Source of the DNA: Paraspadella gotoi
Lineage: Eukaryota; Animalia; Chaetognatha
DNA length: 64,000 bases
Assembly: GCA_051294375.1 (NCBI GenBank)
Contig: CM119268.1
Coordinates: 2,602,063 to 2,666,062, forward strand
Reading direction: 5' to 3'
Position numbers and translations under genes: made by a program. The notes beneath the pieces are model-generated. The model saw nothing but the letters and a program-made list of their open reading frames with translations, had not been told where the DNA came from and did no database searches. This document shows positions 62,639 through 64,000 of this stretch, piece by piece. How positions within the stretch are numbered: position 1 is the stretch's first letter; each line of letters opens with the position of its first letter.

Positions 62639-63160
62639 GTGAGGAAACGAGGAAACGAAGTGGGGAATGGGTCGAGGGGTGTGGTCTAGAATGAGGAAAG
62701 TGTGGCGAAAGGATGTGGGAGGTGTGTCAGTAATTGACGAAAAGTTTTATGGTGAAAAATAGAATGGATCTTATTAAAGAGTTAAAAGGCTTTTGAGGCA
62801 AAAGAAGAATAAAAATGGCCAAAATGTTGTGAGATAAATTTGATTGATAAAATTATTTACAAAAAATGTGAACAAGTCATGAGTCATGAAATATGTTGAT
62901 AGGTTGCCTCCTTTAAAAAAATAGGGAGGTAAAACGAATTAAAAAAGAATTAAAAGGAGAGGTCAAACGGATTAAGTCACTTTATCCCCTGTGGCGCTTA
63001 AATAAAAATTCTCCATTATTGGTTTTAACCAGACACCCGCGGTTGAAGAGTTGATCGAGAAAACTGGGGGGGGGGGCTTAGTGTAGACTGGAAGCATTTA
63101 ATGTAAGTGAATTAGATAGAGGAGATAAAATAATGAATTAAATTTGTTGTTAGAGAGAGA

Positions 63161-63192
<32 letters not shown>

Positions 63193-64000
63193 GAGAGAGA
63201 GGAGAGAGAGAGAGAGAGAGAGAATAAAATAAATCCTGAGGACAGATACAAACAAAAGGGTAATATAGAAAGAAAAGAACAAATTTAACATAATAAACAA
63301 AACGTATCTGGAAATAAATAAATTAAGGGAAAAGAAAATAAAAACAAAAGAAATATGGAAGACAAAGAAAAATGGAAATGAAAGAGAGAAGAGAGAAAGG
63401 AGCGGTACACAAGAGAAGAGGGAGACACGAGCGAGACATGAGGCGAGATAAGATAACAGCGGCAATCAACTGCGCGTCCTCTCTCTCCGCTTTCGATCGA
63501 GAATTCGGATTAAATATTCAAACAAAAAAGGGAAGCGAGAAAGATAGGGCAGATGGAGAGAGGGAAGAGAGAGAGCGAGGAGGAGAGGGGAGGAGAGGAG
63601 GAGGAGGGGGAGGGAGGAGGAGGAAGCGGAGCAGCAGGCAGGGGGAGGGAGAGTGAGGGGGTGGAGCAGAGGAGGGAGGGAGGAGGGGGAGCGGGGGGGG
63701 GGGAGGAGCAAGGGAGGAGACAGGGGAGGAGCAGAGAGGGATGCGGCTAGTAAGGGCGGAGGGAGAGCGGAGGGGGCGGAAAAATGATGGGTAGACCGGC
63801 TGTTGAGAAAAAACAGGAACAGAGGAAGGAAACAAAAGGAGTGCGAAGCATAAAATAAAGAATGCTCGACGACGACGACGACGACGACGAACGAGATCAC
63901 ATAACGACCGACGAAACGACGACGACCGACGATTGATGTACCAAAAGACGATAACTGACGACGACTATTGAAGACGACGTCGACGGTAAATAACGGATTG

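Overview
Gene-dense, intron-rich, microsatellite-rich animal (invertebrate-like) genomic DNA; most ORFs in the supplied track are repeat artefacts, so genes were rebuilt by hand from GT-AG exon chains with consistent phases. (1) 510-16313 (-): a long multi-exon low-complexity gene. Its 5316-11061 intron holds an 8-exon single-pass membrane protein gene (+), whose intron 2 in turn holds an intronless C2H2 zinc-finger gene (three-level nesting). (2) 24927-47572 (-): a Ror-family receptor tyrosine kinase (Ig, Frizzled CRD, two kringles, TM, degenerate kinase, Pro/Ser tail). Its 13-kb intron, which splits the CRD, holds a head-to-head pair of putative cullin-RING ligase adaptors (BTB-BACK/kelch-like gene on -, F-box/LRR gene on +) around a triple TCACGTGA cluster. 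(3) About 48939-58950 is an indel-riddled copy of about 39320-48900 after a 25-N gap, most likely an assembly artefact. Also present: a type I hammerhead ribozyme inside a 65-bp inverted repeat, a tRNA-like/TIR repeat family, a MITE, a ~50-bp minisatellite, and a recurring pattern of tandem duplication of 5' splice sites in three genes.
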